A DNA stretch of 64,000 nucleotides from Lepidodermella squamata (taxonomy: Eukaryota > Animalia > Gastrotricha), in contig JBLDXI010000002.1 of NCBI GenBank assembly GCA_047495785.1, positions 2,170,001 through 2,234,000 on the forward strand, read 5' to 3'. The notes below the pieces were generated by a model. The model was given only the letters and a program-made list of their open reading frames with translations, was not told the DNA's origin and made no database searches. This document shows positions 59,455-64,000 of the stretch, piece after piece (position 1 is the stretch's first letter; each line of letters begins with the position of its first letter). The position numbers and the translations under genes were made by a program.

Positions 59455-60038
59455 TCTAATTTCAGCAAAAAATTGCATATTGAATGTATCAATTAGATTG
59501 GAATTTGGTGTGAATCTAACCCGTCAATGTTTGTGATCGCTTTATATTTTTAATCTCAGAAAATGATATACATACCCCACCACCGCTTTTCCTCACCGTA
59601 CCAAAGACCTGATGTTTACCTACTATGTTGCAATCCCATTTTTGTGAAATCTCCATCTCGTCGCATTCGAAAGTTAACACGCTACAACAAAATATTATTA
59701 TGGATCTGGAAGTCATTCTTTTTTAATTGGAAAGTGCAATTTTATGCTTCACGACTGTTCTTCTATGGGTGTCTTGCGAATCTTTCTGTCTTAGCCGGAT
59801 AATTTGATGATAAATTAAAGATATTGTGATTATTATATGAACTATTATTATTATTATTAAGGTGGATTTTGCTGTTGTAGCCCACGCTTTGATTTGGAGT
59901 AAGTAAAATGTTTGTCTAAAAAATGGCGTTCTTTTTTTCGAGTCGTCAAGATGGCGCATGACACGCGCCTATTTCAGCACGTGCCTGAGGTGTTTCGTGA
60001 AAAATGTTGAGAAGAAAAACGTTTTTCGCAGCCGGAAT

Positions 60039-63000
60039 ATGAGAGAACTAGTTTATTTTGTGCTAATTTATTCGATTCAATGGGTCATTGCTGTTGACTT
60101 CAGCAGTGTATGCCTTGAAAATTCGTCACGCAGAAACCAGAAGGATCACTACCCGAACCCCAATGATTGCCGCTCTTTCATCCAGGTTCGAGTGGGGAAT
60201 TCGCTATTTAATTGTTCAAATTATTTACTCCAATTCAGTGCTCGTTTTCTGATGACGGCCCGGTCTTGGGTTATTTAAGACCCTGTTCAAGCGGGACGTA
60301 CTGGAGTGTAGAAACGACCTCGTGCTCCGAGGAAGACCCAGACGAGCCTTGCTCGCCTCACCCGTGTAGCATCGAGCCCGGACTCACCACCAAACGCTTC
60401 CTCCAGCCTGGAAAGCCTTGTAACTCGTACCAGTTATGCGACACCCGGAAGCAAGTTTGCTGTCAATCCTCGCATCGCTTCAATCCTCAAACTGGTGAGT
60501 GTCAGCCAGATGAAACTTGTAGTGACAAGTGCCAAGAACTGGCCGAAAGCATTCAGCTCAACCGGACCCACTGTATTGACGCATATGGGACGCTTATTCG
60601 AAGTTCGGACGGCGCTGATCGATACCAGTTGGGCGAGGAGAAGCTAGACTGCGCCGAGGGAACCTTTTTCAACATGTCTACCTGCAGCTGTAGTGGGGTT
60701 AAAACTGCGCCACTCAGCAAAAATCTCAACGGCAACAATCAATGTCTGTTATGGCTGCCCTTCGATTCCGATACTCAGGATCAGTCGGTTCAAAAATTTT
60801 CCACTTATTTGTACGATGGAGCGAGTTTTGATGGCTCGTCGTCGGTTTCTTCACCCGGAGGTTCACTCCTAGTCGCCCGGGCGAAATCTAGGCTGGAGAT
60901 CCCTGGTCTAAAATCAGCTGATATTGGCTATTCAAAACCGCTTCAACAAGCTACCTGGTGTTTTAGTTTTAGGTAGAAAAATTATGAAAATTTATTTTCG
61001 TAATTTTTGTTTTGGCTGTGAAGGTGTAACACAGGCTCCAAATGCAGCGGCGCAATTTTGACGAATAATGCTGACGAAACGCTATCAAGTTACAGCTATC
61101 CCAGACGGAAATTTAAGACCAAAATCTCGGCTTAATGTTTCGGCTGTTTATTTGATACCCCCAAACTGTCCAAAAATTTTACTCGAAAATTGTGGCCAAA
61201 TGGTCGAACGTTAAATTTGGGCCAATTTTTCGCCAAAAGTATTTCTGAAATTGTCATATTTCGGTGTAATCGATAGGTGAAAATTTCGGCGAAACTGCTA
61301 TCCGAGTTAATAGATGGGCCAAATATATCATGCATTAGTTCCGATTCTTATATGCTGGGGTATTTACTCCATCGGCCGGCTTCGTGTTCCTCTGTTCTTT
61401 TAGTCATCTCAGATCCCATCAGCTTCTCAATTATATCGTATTTTCAATTTTAATTTGATTATAAATTTTTCATTTTAACATCACTATATAATTGCCTGCT
61501 TGGGAATGAACGCAGGTCATGTCGAACTTGGCACTTATTTTTTCCGAAGCGCCGAAAAGATACTGTCAATATTTCCATAGGCTTTGAGGTTTATATAGGA
61601 AAAAATAACTCTCACTTTTGAGACCGAAAAAAATCAAATGAGAACTCTACTGGAGAAATTTGCCATTCCAATCTCTGCTGTGACGTGTGTGACGCAACAC
61701 AGCTTTGAGTTGCACAACAATCGCGCGGAATGAGGGCATGTCTCATTACGACTTTTTTCACTCTCATTTTAGATTGATTTGATTGCGATTCTGAATTGGG
61801 TTCTTCGCAAGAATAAGCCTGACCCTAAATTCAAGGGCAATTTCATCCGATCTTAAAATTGATAAAACGCGAAGCTTTCCCGCTAGAGCGGAGATTTTTT
61901 ACTATTCCTTTCGGGGCTGAAATCGAACGGAAATTGATGGTCATGCACCCATGAATCGAATCGAAATCATTTAGTTTAACTTGGTTAATTTTATACCGTA
62001 GAAAAACAGATGAGCTATAAATTCTTGCTGCTGTGTCGCGAAAGTGAGGAAAGTAAGTCAATCCCTAATCCCTCGAAAAGAAGTGTTTCACAGCCTTAAT
62101 AAATATTGAAACGTCTGCTGCCGGCTATATGTAAGCCATATAATTCTTAATATTAAATTCCAATCAATGCCCAAAATGTCAGCGAACTGTGGAGAAATAG
62201 CTACGGTCGACAATTCGACAGTTAATTACAACGAAAATCAGTTCGCCTAAACTTACTCGCTCAAATAATCGAAAAATAGTTTTCAGCATAAGATTTCGTT
62301 AAGCTTTTTGTCCAACAGGTAAAAACTCAATTTTTGCTGAAAATCGTCAATGAAACCATGGTAGAAATTCTTAAAAGTGAAGTTGCCAAAAATTAACGCT
62401 ACATTTGAAGAATTTTATGGGGGAAATCTTACACCGAAAAATTTGGCCGAAGATTTGGTCCTAACGCCCTCTTGGCCACACGAATTTCCGTCTGGGATGT
62501 TGCAGCCGTAAATGAGACGGATTTCTTGAATTTGGTCCCTGTTAGTGGCTCAGATATTGGCTCCGTTTCAATGCAAAATGTTTCATCGAGTGGAAAATGG
62601 ACTCAGATTTGTAGCGTTTATGACGGCAGAAAGATTCAAATCTTCCTAAATGGGGTTGAGTTTTTTAATCAATAATTAATTCCCTGAACTCAAAGATCTT
62701 TTTAGACTTTAGCAAAGGCGATCTCGGCTTCGGGTGATTTGCAAATCGGCACCGGAGCATACGTCCTTGGGCATGATCCTATTTACGGCGGCTTCAACGG
62801 CTCGATTGACAACGTTTTGATTTGCAATCACGCCCTCGGCCAAATCGAAATAACTGCCGTCGCTAATGGCGACCGAGAATCCATGACAAAAATGGGCCTT
62901 ATACCACAAGCTTCAACGGTTTCGCCCGACTCCACCGGCATTTCATTGAGACGACAATCAGGATACGTGTCCGATTCGATTACTGACCCGATTGGCAATC

Positions 63001-63959
63001 TGATCAAACAGATCAGGCTGGAAATCAACTTTGCTGAGCTGAAGGATCTCATTTTTCACAACAAGTAAAATTGTTAAGGAGGATTTATTTTCACAAATTT
63101 TCGTTTCAATTCAGAATTTGCTGGAAAGCATTTGGGTTCCGAGGCTTGGGTCGGTCACCTACAACGTGTGGAGCTGGTAGCGAGTTTGACAAAATTACCG
63201 GGTTATGTTACCCAATTTGCTCCGAGGGTTCAAAGGGTAACGGACCCATGGTGAGAATTTTTAATTAAAATCTTCTTGAATTTACAAAATTTGCGACAGT
63301 GCTTTGAAGATTGCCGTTCGGGCTTTGTCGACCATGACGAATTTTGCTCTCGCGATTTTCTGATAGAAATGGCGAATAACACTGCCTGCCCTTGGGACGA
63401 TATCTGTGGCTTGGAAGAGGCAAATAAAGGCTGTTCATTTTGTCCTCCCACCAGCAACAATGTCACATTCACTCGAGAAGGTTGTTTTTGCTACCAGGCG
63501 GCTCATAGCTACGCAAAAACTCAAATCAGCCGCGGCTCTGGGGAACAGCCGAAATGCAGCCAGGATGAAGAATCTGACGCTGGGTTGTGTTATTCAAAGT
63601 GCCCCAAAGGTTACTTCGGGGTTGGACCTGTTTGTTGGGCAAAGGCCTATCGAAATCTCGGCTCTTTCGGCTGTTCGGACAATGGCTGCCAAAATTTCGT
63701 AAAAGAACTTGGCTCAGCGGTAACAAACGCAATAGCTGCTGCTGTAGAACGCGGCTCGAAACTAAATAAAGCTGTTGCGCTCATTCGAAATGCTATCGAG
63801 TTCGAAACCGATGAATATATTTCGTCATGCGATTCGCCGTATCTTTGGCCAGAAGATTGGCCGCATTCAGAAGAGCCTAACAACACGACAGACAATGAAA
63901 AATCAGCAACGCCGGTTGCTGAACAAAGGCTGCGAGCTAGCCCAATCGGTAAAAATTGA
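60039..63959 (+). CDS. Secreted protein with chitin-binding (CBM14-like) modules, a LamG/concanavalin-like domain and Cys-rich GLCY..C..GY.GVGPVCW repeats; one exon is interrupted by a transposon
   Basis: Signal peptide; YPNPNDCRSFIQC, PCSSGTYWS, CAEGTFFN; WTQICSVYDG...FNGSIDNV; six exons join in frame once 61100-62498 is removed. Confidence 0.8.
61100..62496. mobile_element. Non-autonomous DNA transposon (EnSpm/CMC-like), 1397 bp, inserted in a coding exon
   Basis: Perfect 14-bp TIR CCCAGACGGAAATT, subterminal similarity, 2-bp TSD AT (61098-61099 and 62497-62498); no transposase ORF. Confidence 0.9.
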
Positions 63960-64000
63960 ACTAGAGAATAATGTTGGTTCATTTTTCCATGTAATACTGA

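Overview
Eukaryotic, most likely animal (spiralian-like) genomic DNA with very compact genes: GT-AG introns of about 45-60 nt and intergenic gaps often 100-500 bp. The first ~9 kb is mostly transposon debris: a C2H2 zinc-finger ORF running off the left edge, decayed LINE ORF1 and RT pieces, a foldback element and a hAT MITE. The rest is gene-dense: ALG5, DNAJC19/PAM18, a PLK4 cryptic-polo-box protein with no kinase domain, an orphan 4-TM protein, NEK1, BABAM1, NDUFC2, a mucin-like protein, a secreted sushi+ankyrin protein, an MTUS/CCDC69-like gene, cenH3/CENP-A beside an atypical H2A.Z, HAUS8, a NEK kinase fused to an NHL propeller, an orphan helical protein, TAF7, ZFAND2B, V-ATPase subunit a with apparent mutually exclusive exons, and a chitin-binding/LamG/Cys-repeat protein whose exon is interrupted by a 1.4-kb DNA transposon. 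The most notable signals are the kinase-less PLK4 paralog, a strongly over-represented strand-independent motif (ATTAAGGYGG), operon/trans-splicing-like gene spacing, the exonic transposon flanked by frame-restoring cryptic splice sites, and a GC-rich structured-RNA candidate. Exon boundaries were read by eye and family calls come from remembered motifs; no database searches were run. No rRNA, tRNA or CRISPR array was recognised.
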